Source of the DNA: Lophium mytilinum
Taxonomy: Eukaryota
DNA length: 64,000 bases
Reading direction: 5' to 3'
Assembly: GCA_010093605.1 (NCBI GenBank)
Contig: MU004182.1
Coordinates: 1,969,195 to 2,033,194, forward strand
Shown: positions 1 through 12,252 of the stretch, in pieces
Layout: each line of letters opens with the position of its first letter
Numbering within the stretch: the first letter of the stretch is position 1
Notes under the pieces: generated by a model
The model's input: only the letters and a program-made list of their open reading frames with translations
Databases searched by the model: none
What the model was told of the DNA's origin: nothing
Made by a program: the position numbers and the translations under genes

Positions 1-57
1 CTCCGCACGCCTCGGCCGTATCATGCATCGCAATAGCTGTATCTAAAAGCAACAATC

Positions 58-1991
58 ATGGCACGCCGCGTCACCTTCCCCGGTCTCGACCTCTACATTG
101 GTCAGCTCCATGGCAAATTGTCCATGTCTTTGGCATCGAAGACATACCCTAGCTTCTCATTGGAGCTATATGGCACTACGCAAAGCAGTTCTATTGAGTA
201 TCATCAAAGCCCTCCCCCTAGCGGACTCAGCTCCCCAATCGCCAGGCGAATCATGTTGCCTGGGCTGAATCTGGACGTCTTAAGACTGGGAGGCATTCTG
301 AAGTTGTGCTTTGAAGGGCTTGAAGGTGCGAGACTCGTATACGAGCTGGCTGGATGTGACGAGCAACTTAACCCAGCTACTATCACAACACCGTTCAGCC
401 ATCAGGCAGACCCTGAGAAGTCGCCCAACCCAACGAAAAGCTCCTCTGAATCTCCGGTGGCGCAGTCTTCCCCTATAAAGCCTTCCGCTACAAAGTCTTC
501 CGCTGCGCAGTCTCCCGCAAACGCAAACGGGAATAGCAACCAACAGAAACACTTACCAGCATCGAAAGAGAACGTAGCCAAGCCACGTTTGAAGGTACCA
601 TCATCCAGTCCCCAGGACCCCGAGTCAGTCCTCAACAATAGCATAACTCAGCAGTCAATCAGCACACCTCAAACGTCCTCGACGGAGAGTCTTCCATCCC
701 TTAGTACCCCCAGGTCTACCATTCCCACTAAATCTCCGCAAACATCCTCTACATCGCCAGTAAGCTTAGACGCCGGGCACCCCGTCCAAAAACCGACTGT
801 TGCTGTTGCTGTCGTTACGAAGGCCGCCTCACTCAACCCCACCTCGGCCATATCGACACCCGCTAAGGCAGCATGGCCTCGTAGTCCACAGGTCCCAGCC
901 ATCACGGACAAAAGGCCATGCAACGCTCCGACATCAGCACCAGCAGCAAAGAAGATTAAGATAAAGGTTGAAGGGCATACGGTGTCTAACGTGACAGCAC
1001 CCGACAAGCGTTATGGCTTGCTGGGGTATCTCGAAGAGACCCCCATCATCAAAGCCGAAAATCCAGCCACTACAGAAGTCGGATCTGGTAATTCTGAGCT
1101 GAAGACATCTACTGTCACTCAAGCCCAGCCTGCAGGTATCAACACAGTACCCAACTCTGGGGCAACTTCTGGTCTCCAAGCACCAGCTGGTCAGGCTAGC
1201 ACAGTCAACGTGGCAATTTCCGAGCCCTCGCCAGATTCCGCCATACAAATTCAACTACTGGAAACCAAGGTTTTGCTTGCGGTGAGAAGTTTGGAATGGC
1301 TGAAGGGCAAACGGTCTTTCGACGAAGTGGAACTCCCGCAGCGGCGTGAAGCATGGAAGTCTTATCTAATGGCATTCCAAGAACTAGCCAGCTTCAAGGC
1401 GAAGCAAACTGATACCAGGCGAGCGCAAGATCGATTGATCTTTCAAGCGGCTGGAGAGGCTATAAAAGCGGTGGCCAAGGAGAAAGAAGAGGCTCTAAGA
1501 GACATGGATGTCATTTATGTCTATGGCTACAATACTACCCCAAGATTAGGCTTCAGAACATACGGGAAGCTCCGCATTGATCTGAAAGCTCGGTCACTGC
1601 ACTGGGAATACGTCGATGTATCGCGCGCTGAAGACGTCAGCCTCTACGCAAGTAGTAAGTACTCTAATTTGTGCTTGTTTGTTCCGCAAGAAAAGAACCT
1701 AATATCATGATAGCGAGCGTGTCATTGACCCGCGCCAGTCCTGGAATTCTGCTGCTGGAACTGCGCGCTGGCCGGATGGGGATTGGAACGTACTTTTCCA
1801 TAAAGGTCTCTGACAGCCACAAGATCCATGGCGTGACTCCCAAGAGCTACGAATGGAGGAAGTCACATACGGAGAACAATATTTGGGTTTACCCGGGTGT
1901 GGTTGACATCATAAAATCCCTTCGACCACTCAGTAAAGCGAAGAGCATGATCGCTAACTCCAGCGCTACGGCTAGCTCTACAGTAGCTTAA
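58..1991 (+). CDS. Uncharacterised protein: duplicated N-terminal module, long S/P/T-rich linker, helical segment, globular C-terminal domain; 2 exons
   Basis: 550-aa ORF from ATG 58. Phase-1 intron 1655-1713 (GTAAGT...CTAAT...TAG) joins in frame to the 1671-1991 ORF. Confidence 0.75.
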
Positions 1992-2532
1992 GCCATAATG
2001 GCGTTTACAAATCGGCCGGGACATCGTCCTCGAGCTTTCCCATTTCGAGAGGGCGTTTCTTTTCCCTATTGGCGTCTGGGTCGGGATTAGGCATTTCAGA
2101 CATCTGAGAGATGCCTCTTGAGAAGGAGAATGCGGACTTCTGAATGGATGGCGTTTGGAGTATCGGTTTGAAAAGTGAATTGCGGCTTTTATCGGTCTGT
2201 CTGGGAGCTCCAATGGAGTCCTTCCGCAAGGTTTTAGGTAGGGTTGCCCACGGCCAACACATATGAGCCGAGCATGCCCGGCAAATTAACTAAAAGCATT
2301 TTCGTACTCTCTTCTCTTAGAGGGTTTAAGCATACAAGCCAGCGTCCAAAATACGCGGTGCTCTGAGTTTTGTATTGGGACGGAAAGGTCTTGATTATGA
2401 CGATCGTGATGAAGCAACGATGAACACCCCTCGAACGTGTGAAAGTGCAACACAGAGACGTGACGGCTACAAGTTCACGGACCCTCGGTCTTCGAGCTCA
2501 TGGAATGTAGCTTGTTACCAACGAAAGGACTA

Positions 2533-2881
2533 CAGTAAAACCTGGTTATAGTGTTTTCGGGTTACAGTGATATTCTCTATAGAGTGATAAATCTCGGCCG
2601 ACCGTACACTTTTGTATGGGGTATAGTAATAAGCTGGTTACTATGGTATTATAAGCCCCCGCTCACCAAAATCACACTAACCAGAGGAGATTTTTGTATG
2701 GGCTGGTGGTCCGTGGCACCTCCGGCCCCCTTCGACACCCCTTTAAACCCCCCTAATTTTATGTTTTGGGGAGGCCGCTGGCTTACAAAGCACCAACACG
2801 TGATATTGGATACAGTGATACTCTCTATACAGTGATACAACCCCTCGGCAAAAACCGTATCACTATAACCAGGTTTTACTG
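2533..2881. mobile_element. MITE (349 bp) of the Tc1/mariner pogo-like family
   Basis: TIRs CAGTAAAACCTGGTTATAGTG / CACTATAACCAGGTTTTACTG, TA on both flanks (2531-2532, 2882-2883), no transposase. Ends align with the element at 12253-14345. Confidence 0.93.
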
Positions 2882-3525
2882 TATCAAAGGTTTCGAGACT
2901 CCCAGCCGATCAATTGGATGACATCATTTCTCATACGCCTTATATTGCGCCTGTTTATTTTACCTTTCTGCACATATCGATAATTCCTCGAAGCTCTCCC
3001 AGCGGTCAAGGGGTAAGCGAACACGATGGATATATCACGTGCCCTCGCGCCGGGCGTCTTGTTTACTTCACTTCTCCCGCTCGCCTCCTACCTTCACTCT
3101 CCACCTCGCCACAATAGCTTTCTCTCAACTATAAAAGCTGCTCGCTCCCCACTCACCTACAGCACTAACCTCCTTCTTGCTTTTCTTCAGCGCGTTCACT
3201 CTCCAGTCCGCAGCAAAGGACGGAGGTGAGCTGAGCGATCTATCAACAAGCATCCAGTCCGACTGCATCAAAACAGAACAAGATTCGAAGCTGCTTCGTT
3301 TACTTCTAGGTGTTTACTCGCTGGAACAGGCCACTCCGTCAAAGATCTCCTGAGCTCTGCAGAAAAAGAGAAAGGTCGCAAGCTCAGCACGCGTACCAAA
3401 ACCATCCTTCATCGGTCTGTTCAAAACATCAACAACCCACCTTGCCTCGAACCGCAACCCACAAACCTTATATTCTACCAACCGTCACTCTCCATCTCCA
3501 AACCCCTACATCACTCATCCTCAAC

Positions 3526-4539
3526 ATGTCCGCCTACACTCCCCACCCTTCTCCCAAGAAACGCGCCACCTCGGCCCCAGACCTCGACTTCGGCATGCTC
3601 GCCTTCACCGAATCACGCGTCCTGGCCACCGACAACACGCGCTCCTTCTCCGACGCCCAAACCTGCGTCCCCTCTTCCACCGTTTCCACCGACGAGCACG
3701 AAGAAGAGGAAGCCGACGACGCTCGCGACGCGCCCTCCCCTATCAAGCAGCACGAACACCTCCTCGCTGACGGCCACACCACCGACTGGCGCCACGTCTT
3801 CGCTTCCAAGCCGCCCAAGCTGCCGGATGCGATGAGTATGAGTTTGTATCCCCGCTTCCCCTTCCCCTTGCCCTACCACCCCCTTTGCCCAAAACCCCAT
3901 GAACGAGTGAGCCAGCTGTAGAAACATGTGGAAATAAGAATAGGAATGCTAACAGCTGATCCACAGGCGAGCGCGCCGCCGGCGGCTGGATTGACATCCA
4001 TTCCATCCGTACGCTGCTCCCCGCACCCGTACGCGCTCGCAATGGCGAGGCCGCGCGCGCGAAGCTGCACATGGTGCGACACGGCTCGGACCGACTGGAG
4101 ACGCTCGAGGTGGTGGCGGACCGCGACCACCTGTACATTTCGTCGACTGTGGGGCGACGGGGCCGGGATTACTGGCTGTATAGCTTGAAGCGGGATGGGA
4201 AAGGTACGTTTTGCATTTTGCGTTTTCTCTTAGTGTTTGGAGTCCCGGAAAAACGCGAAGGAGGGTTGTGCTGTTGGGATACATACGCACGTTGTTGGGT
4301 TTCAAACTTTTGTGAAGAATGGTGCTGACAAAAGGGTGTTTCTCACGATTACAGTGCGCGTATGGTACCGCGAACTCCACGGCATGGTCACCATCATCCT
4401 CTCCGCACCCGACGGCAAGGGGTGCTGCGACTTCCGCGCGCCCAAGAAGTGCGAGCCGTATGCCTTTGCGCCCTTCTTGCGCATTCTGGCCGATCGCATC
4501 CATACTCTGGCGGATATTTCGCAGGATGACAGTGAGTGA
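3526..4539 (+). CDS. Uncharacterised protein, 3 exons
   Basis: ATG 3526. Introns 3836-3966 (GTATGA...GCTAAC...CAG) and 4204-4354 (GTACGT...GCTGAC...CAG) give a continuous frame MSAYTPHP...ERAAGGWIDIH...VRVWYRELHG...DDSE*. Confidence 0.8.
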
Positions 4540-4689
4540 GTTCCCCTTCTCTACATCTCTCTGCACAAGACGGCTGGCTCGATGTTGGCGTTTGCTGGGA
4601 TGGAGTTGGGTTTCGAAGGGGTTGGATGAGGAGTCCTATTTCTTTATTGGAGCTGGGTTGGATGGTCAACACTGGTGCGGGATATCGGG

Positions 4690-4820
4690 TGCGGGATACC
4701 ATTCCTCACAGGAGTCGGATTTGCTTTGGCATTGTTTTCTGGCTTGATGCCGCTGCGGGATACCATTCCTCAAAGGAGTTGGAATTGCTTTGGCATGATC
4801 TTTCGGCTTGACGCCGATGC
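4690..4820. repeat. Two-copy tandem duplication, 64-bp unit
   Basis: TGCGGGATACCATTCCTCA(C/A)AGGAGT...TTGCTTTGGCAT starts at 4690 and 4754. Confidence 0.85.
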
Positions 4821-5846
4821 TTCTGGGTATGGTGGGGATGATTGAGTGGGTACTCATATTCACGCAACGGGATCGGTGAATCCGGGGAAACATCCATGGA
4901 CAGATGAGGCATGTATTCAATATCCGGGATCAAACCATCAAAACAATCAATCGATTAGTAGTTCTTACCAATGCAATTCTACCGAACCGCGTCGTGGCGG
5001 ATGGTGATGATACTTGGACAAAGATAAGGAAGATTTCAGTGCCAGATGTTACAAGGTATTGGATGCTACCTACAGTATCAAGCCATATGTCTGTGCACAC
5101 AGATCTATCGCTACTTGGCTTCAATATTACTCACTTTGCACCACTGTAGGGGGTATTCTGGCTGCCCAAGCAGCTAATTAATCAACAAGTAGTCTAATCT
5201 ATACTGTTTGAAACTCAACATCGACTTCGGATCGTCGAAATCCTCGGGGGTTCCCTTCGCAGTGGCAACCCAGTGTGCCCAAACTTAAGGCATGTCACTG
5301 TACACTGCAATGCTGTAGTGGAAAGCTGCGCGCACTCGTGGTCAAAGCGCTGCAAAAGACGTTCGAACATCGAAATGAAGCGTTGTAGGCCATCATGAAA
5401 CATTACGAAACTCGCCGGGCCAGGTTACACTGGGAGATTCAGAAGCACCAAAATATAAAGAAAGGAAAGACGTAGATACCTAGCTTTTCCACAGACCTAC
5501 GGATGCCCTCTCAGATATCCTTCGCTCGACATCAAACAACACGGGCTATCTATCACGTGACGCCTACTCCACGATAGATCAAAAGGGGAGCTACAAAAAT
5601 CGTCTAATAAGCAGGAGGCCACACTAGGGGTGTCATGGGTACCGTGAACCGCACGAGCAGAGGTGCGTCGTGCAATCAAACCCCGGGCTCCTTCTCTACA
5701 GCCTCGCCAAGCTCCCAACAGCTCTACCCTCCCGGCGGAGGTAATCTCCGCTCAAGCCTAGCTTTGAGTACTAGTATGTTCCTAAGCGAGGTGGAACCGC
5801 CAGACAGGTTCCATGGTTGAGATCTCGCCAAGGCGGGAACAAGCCC

Positions 5847-6215
5847 TTGCTGGAGCCTCGGGAGGCTGGGCGGAAGCGACTCCCGCCTTTCCTGTAGGCG
5901 GGCAAGGCAGATCGGATCGTGGCTAAAATAGCGTAATAGACTTGTTGAATCATTTTAGACCTTAAGGCATCGCTTGGAATGGTCTAGGATAGAAGCAGAT
6001 AGTTATTCCCAAGAAATGGCGGACGCTATTAAGGTTTTGCTGGACACTCGGGAGGACGGGCGGATGCAGTTCCCGCCCTTCCTGTAGGTGGACAAGGCAG
6101 ATCAGATCGTGGCTATTATAGCGTAGCAGCTTCGTTAAGAAAGTTTTGAACTATAAGGAATCTCTTGGAATGCTCTAGGATAGAAGGAGATAATTGTTCC
6201 CAAGAAATCGCCGGC
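5847..6215. repeat. Diverged tandem duplication, 190-bp unit
   Basis: TTGCTGGA..CTCGGGAGG...CCTGTAGG...CAAGGCAGATC.GATCGTGGCTA...CTAGGATAGAAG...CCCAAGAAAT starts at 5847 and 6037. Confidence 0.85.
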
Positions 6216-9200
6216 GGATAACCTAGATGGTAACTAGATGAGCAAGTTCTGCTTACGGCTACTTCGCCAATGGATTAATGGCGACTATTGCTGTGACGGG
6301 CTAATATCGTTGAAAGAGATCCATAAGAGCCGTGGTTGAGGAGTAAATTAGCATTATCTAGCAAAAAGGTCGAACATGTTCCCCGCGGGGAAATCGAAGT
6401 CGGCAAGTTGTCGCGGTATTGACATAGCGCAGGATTACTGATCTATTCGGATAGAGCATGCTTTCCCGTGCGTCTTGCCGTTGGGCCTAAGGCTTAGCGA
6501 ACCGTGGATGGGTGGTGGGATCTAGTAGGCATTCCAACCACTCCCTATCGCGCTGCCGGCCATCCGAGTAAAGGTGCCAATGAGTGACTCGGTGGGGTAT
6601 TAATGATCATGAAAGATAGTTCCCGGTGCTCTTTGTAGTGGAGAAGATTTGGCTCCTGCTATTCGCGTACCCGTAGTTAAGGGAAGGACCTAAGCGTATA
6701 TTTTATTCCCGCAACCTGCATTGGCTTTCAAAGATAGGTGATGGCATGAGGCACTACCTACCAGCGGATTAAAGTCTCACTCCGCGCGTGCTACTCCCAA
6801 ATTGGAGGACGGATGAAATGTGATAGTCGCGATACACCACCTCGCTTACCTCTATGAGACTCATCTGGCCACAGCGTCAAAATGGTGGTCCTTTTTCACC
6901 GCCAATATTGCCGACATCCGCATACGACCAGTTCCACTATCATGTGTCGTTGAAAGAATATAAAGTGGAGTGAGCTTAAACGCAAGTCGAGTGACCAGTC
7001 GCTGTCGTTGACCAGGGGATCGGCAGGTACTAGCCGAAGTTGCCGGGGTGTCGGAGGTAGCTCCGACGGCGATGGCAGGTGCGGATGTGTAGGCCGCGAG
7101 GAACGACAGGTCGTCCGTGATTTCACGTTCAGTGTGACGTGTACGTAAATGAGATTGAGGATGTCGTCTTGATGCTATGATGTGTGCATGCTGCAGTGGA
7201 GCTTTGGTGTGGGCGTTCTGCAAGGTGGCTTGGCGGGTCCATGGAGCTGGAGGGAGCCCGGAATTTTCTACGCTTCTTAAATTGGGAGCAAGGATTACCA
7301 AGATTTTGACGGATCTAATATTTGAAAGGTTTGGAAAGAGGTTGAAGTGGATGCGGATGGCATATTGTTAGAGCATAGCGGCCCTTTCCTTTAACTAGAA
7401 CGTAAAGCCATGAAGACGTGGGCATTGAGTAGAGCACCCCTGAGTGGTCAGGTAAATGTGAGACCTGAACACGGCTGTATCCACACCCCCTGGCATGGTG
7501 TGTGCGTGAAGGCTGGGGATGAATCCAGACCGCCCGAACACTCCTTCGGCTGGTGAGAACACGTATCGTACAATATGAGCATGGCGCGACGACTTCCCAA
7601 GAAATTGATCAGCCGATTACAGACCGGGTCAAAGGGTGGGTTTGAAGTAGCATGCATGTGCAACTCCTACGGGTGGGTCCGCGATTCAAAAAAGTAGAGG
7701 ACAGTTGTTGTACGAGCTTGGTCCAAAATTCTGGATCCGCCTCTTCTATCCGCGCAAGTAAATGCATGACTCTCGGCCTAAATGCTACTGTAACATTGAG
7801 GAGTCGGTAACCGGGAGAGTCTATAATCAATGGCGGCGGAAATGCGCAAGAGTACTGCGCGTGATCTTTGTTTGATCAGTTCGCCAAAATGGGCTGCATC
7901 GTGGCGTACAGAGTGCATGGAGCTTCCATAGTCGGGTCTATGGCTAGAGCGAAGGTGCCAGCTGCACGCTTAGCCGATGAAAGATGCTAGCAAATCTAGG
8001 CTGGAGTCCCCGGGTCGGAGGGGAGTAGCAAAGATAGTAGAGTATTGGAACGCGACCAACGCCATCATCCGTCCTCTCGTGGGAGCTGCAGCTCATCCAC
8101 TCATCCTTGCCGGTAGAGGTGAGAGGAGTGCATCATCTTATCGGACGAGGGCGATGGGAGGATGCCGAAACCAGCGATACCGTTCGGCTGATGGTGCTAA
8201 GGGCGTAGTATCATTCGATATTTGGAGCAATCCACCAGGTGGTTGGGACGACGTGTCGTGATTCAATAGGCGCCAAAAGCTCGGCGTAGGTAGAAACGAA
8301 AGCTTTCCTAGTTGCAGAGGGAATCGATAGCAGGGTGAAGAGAATGGAGTCTAGACATGAGCCAGGCGTGAGGCTAGCGCACGCAGTGAAAGGCCGCCAC
8401 GAGCATTACCTAAGAATTAGAGCAGGCTTCGAGCTCTGTACTCGGTAAGTGTTTCACTCGGGATATCAGGATTTCCGACCCGAAGACGACTGTGAAGAAA
8501 GAATCACTGGTCCGTATCACTGCTGGGGTGGCAGTGGAAGAAGGGATGCACCATGGAGCTGAGTATAGATAGAGCGGCCTAATCCGAGGTTTTTGGACTG
8601 TGACCATTCTAGAATATACCAGCAATGCATTGCTACTCCAGACTAGCGGCAACGGCGATAATAGTAACAAAATAACATGCAGGCGGATTCCACGACAGTT
8701 CAGGACACTTGCAAGCAATGTTATCCTGAAAGGCAACAATGGCACAGCTCCTTTTCATGCATGGTCGAGGTCTAGACCCTGGGCGATTCCAGACGAGGGC
8801 CCGAGGCGGCGGACCGTAGCCTGGCACAGGAGGCCTTACTTGATCTGATGGAAGTTGAAACGCCTCGTGAGAACGAAGGAAGGGTCCAGCGCTGAGGCGG
8901 GCAGCGAGTAGGAGGTTCGGGTCCAGGTTGATACGACGAAACAGCGGAGTCCAGACCTGGACGGTGGAGGATGGCCCCCAGCTGCTTGGAACGAGGTCCA
9001 CAGGCCAGCACTCGGTGATGCCTTAACGGACGCCGTCAAAGTCCGCCCCTGAGGCACAATTCCCGGCGGTGCACGAGAGAGTTTGAGGCCGCATCGTGGG
9101 TCGTGGTGGACAGGAGGGCTGACGACCTGCCTCCGCGTTAGCCGGCGCAGGACAGAAGGGGATGCTGAGGCATTTTTAAGCGGGCTGCAGCGGTGATGAC

Positions 9201-9833
9201 TCCGTCTGAGCAATGGACAAAGGCCCAGAATTAGAGGCTGATTGAGAATGCTATAATGCTTGCAGATGTCGAGTCAATGATGGGTTTCTGACGATGGCAT
9301 CGCGAAGTCTGCGAGCTGGCTGGGAGAGCGGCACAGGCTGCCGCTGTGAAGGCCGCCAAGGCCCCAACGGCTGCCGCGCAAACGGCCAGTGCAAGTGCAC
9401 AAGTCCGTCTGAGAGGTACGAGGCCGTGGTTGATCGGCGCGGACACGACGCGGACAGAGGTGTGGCGTAGATTTGTGGCCTAGATCGTTGTTTGCCCAGC
9501 GATCGAAGTCACCACCAGGCACTGCAGGGGGGGCTGACTCCCATGCACTTTTCGCTCGAGCTCCCAAATGCACCGCCTGCACCGGCCGGCCATGGCAACA
9601 CGAAACGCGCGGAACCCAATCCCAATCGCATCCTTGGCCGCCGTTAAGCCCGGTGCTCCACGTCTCCAGCTCCCATGATCGAAGCATCGCCCGATTAGCC
9701 CATCCTAGCATGCCGTCTAACCCGCCGCGCCCGAGCAAGATATATTCCCACTTCCCCCCAGAATGCCAGATGCCTTCACCACATACCACACAGTTTCACC
9801 AAGCCCAATCCGCTCCTAAACACTCCACGAACG

Positions 9834-10322
9834 ATGCTGTACACCAGCACGATACATTCCCCAGACCAAAAAATCACCACCCTGCAGCCTGCGACTTGCT
9901 ACTTCTCCTACGTGCCGCCTTCTGCAACCACATCCGTCGACTCTCCACCCCTCTCGCCATCCTTCTCGCTCTTCGGCTACGAAACACCGTCAGACCCGTC
10001 GAACCCGCTCCTAGCTCTTCGCTCATCACCTCCAGCGCCCTCCCCTCCGGCAATGGACGCTTCCAAACTCATGCAGCTGCAATCCTCCGTTGCCCACCGA
10101 CCCAGATCCCACCCAATGCAGCCCCAGAGTAGCTCATCGAGCTCTTCGTCTTCCTCCTCAGGCTCGCCACCGCCTAGTGAGCTGCAGACATTCCGCTGCT
10201 CACGATGCCACCGAACCAGCAACTGGGGACATTCTCCACAAACTTCCGGCATGGTCTCCTTTGGCACCAACCTATACTATTGCAACCGCTGCGCGAGCAT
10301 TGTGGGCTACGGCTCCGTGTAA
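9834..10322 (+). CDS. Small Ser/Pro-rich protein with C-terminal CxxC...CxxC putative zinc ribbon
   Basis: 162-aa ORF ending RCSRCHR...GMVSFGTNLYYCNRCASIVGY. Confidence 0.7.
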   Translation: MLYTSTIHSPDQKITTLQPATCYFSYVPPSATTSVDSPPLSPSFSLFGYETPSDPSNPLLALRSSPPAPSPPAMDASKLMQLQSSVAHRPRSHPMQPQSSSSSSSSSSSGSPPPSELQTFRCSRCHRTSNWGHSPQTSGMVSFGTNLYYCNRCASIVGYGSV

Positions 10323-12252
10323 ATCATCCAGAGACCTTGCGGACTGGGTCCTCAAGGAAACCCTTCTCTACTGCTTATACTACTATCCGACATCACTCAG
10401 ATACCAGGGGTTAATTTCAACCCGAGCGGCCTCGACCTTCCTATCAGCGGCTTACGACATGCCGATTGATTCGACTTCATCGTTCAATAGCCTTGTCAGT
10501 CACGCATGCTTCAGAATGCAACTTCCGAGTGCTGGCCCTCCTCTCCGGAAGTGGAAAGTCTGGTCCCCCGTACACCTTAAAACAGGTCACGTATTCGATG
10601 AAAATTGGATGTTATGGACGATGAACCGGCTTCAGGCCGCGGACTTGATGCAGTGAAGAAACTGCTCCTCGAAAGAATTTCGGATCGCCTGTTATGGTGT
10701 TTGGTGTCTCACTCACTCCGGCTGCGCTGGGACAGTGATGTTGGAGGCGTTGGAGGCGATGGAGACGTCGTGTGCTGGCAGACGGACTACAGGCCAGGAG
10801 CGTTGTTGTTTGCTGGGCAAACTCATACTCAGCTGGAAAATTCTGAGAAGTACCACTAGTAATCTTGCGCGTGTTGATACCCATACGAATCCACGAATAT
10901 ACGAATTTTATTCTTAACAAACATATCTACTATTCTTCCGTCTGATCCCGCCGTAACTAACAAGTCAAAGCGCACTGTGAAAACATGCATCCTGCAACAG
11001 ACACATCAACCTGTGTCGTCATACATTTCCATTTCCATCTTCCCACAGCCCAGCGTAGGTCCCTCTGGCCCTCCTCCACTCCTCACCAAGCAACCTACCC
11101 CGCTTCCATCTTTCTTCGTCAAAACATCCGAGTCTCAGACCACAACGGCCGCCAATTCATGCAGGTGCCACGGAAATCGATCGAGCGTGCAGTATGTACG
11201 ATCCGTGTTGTGTTCATATCGCTTCAGGTGTAGTGCGTTCTTCTATAGTTGGCGGCCTAGAATTCAAGAAACGTTTCTCGTCCCACAACCGCCAATATTC
11301 TTCACCGATCCGTTCGCCCCTCGAAGATATGCTAAGCCTAGCTACTGCACCAAGCACGGCGTTCTAATTGCATTGAGCTGCTCGGGCATATCAACACCAT
11401 GAAAAACAAGGACGACCTACCTCCACTACATGCGGTACCGACCTCCACGACCTCACCAACGCATCCAGGCCTCGGGCGCTGATCGCGCGTGCATCAAGCA
11501 AGCGTCGATGTGCCACACACTTTTCAAGTGTATTCAGCTCTCCAGGGCTACTCGACGCCCTCGAACCTAAGGGGAGCCTATCTCAACTCATAAAAGTGAG
11601 GTCGACCCCTGTCGATCGCGCGCCTGTCCCCAATGGCGGCGGGCCTTAAGGCCTGGCTATCAAAGAATCCCAAGGCCTCAGGCCTTTTCAAGCATCAAAG
11701 CTTGTTTGTAGCACACGCATCCCTGCAACGGCTTCTCGAGATCTTGCTCTAACCCCTACCCGCTTGTCAAGATCTTGCTCGTGAAGCTGGTGCGAGCTGC
11801 ACTCTCCGCTATACGGCAGGATGGGGTGGCGAATATCTCGATGCAGCGCGAAGTGGCGAATGTGGTGGTGCAGGCGGCCAAGCTCGAGGCTGTCTTGACT
11901 ATTCTCCTGGCATTATCAATGAGATTAGCATTACGCGTGTATCCACTCTCTCTATTCTCCCCTCGGACTCCAATTCGGCCACTACCGGACAAAATTTGTA
12001 CGATACGGTGCTAGATCCTCAAATTTCAAAGCCTTGTAACCAAATGACCTCCAGAAAAATCTCTTTTACCTAAAATTCGTGCGTTGGCCAGCCAATGGTG
12101 GACTCTGCGTTCCGCCTATCCGCCTCGGCGGTATAAGAACTTTTTCTACCTAAAATCCGTGCGCCAGCCTTGCCGCGAAAACTTGCCCACCCACCGCCCT
12201 CACCAGCCACACCTCGCTTTCGATCGATCGCGGAACCGCGACTCATCAATTA

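Noticed and set aside
6300..9450. Scattered coding-like fragments (e.g. 7448-7830 minus, 9240-9480 plus)
   Set aside because: Could not assemble a gene model or recognise a family; probably decayed sequence.
12067..12170. Two copies of TACCTAAAAT.CGTGCG about 80 bp apart
   Set aside because: Short two-copy similarity with no further structure; not a CRISPR-like array.
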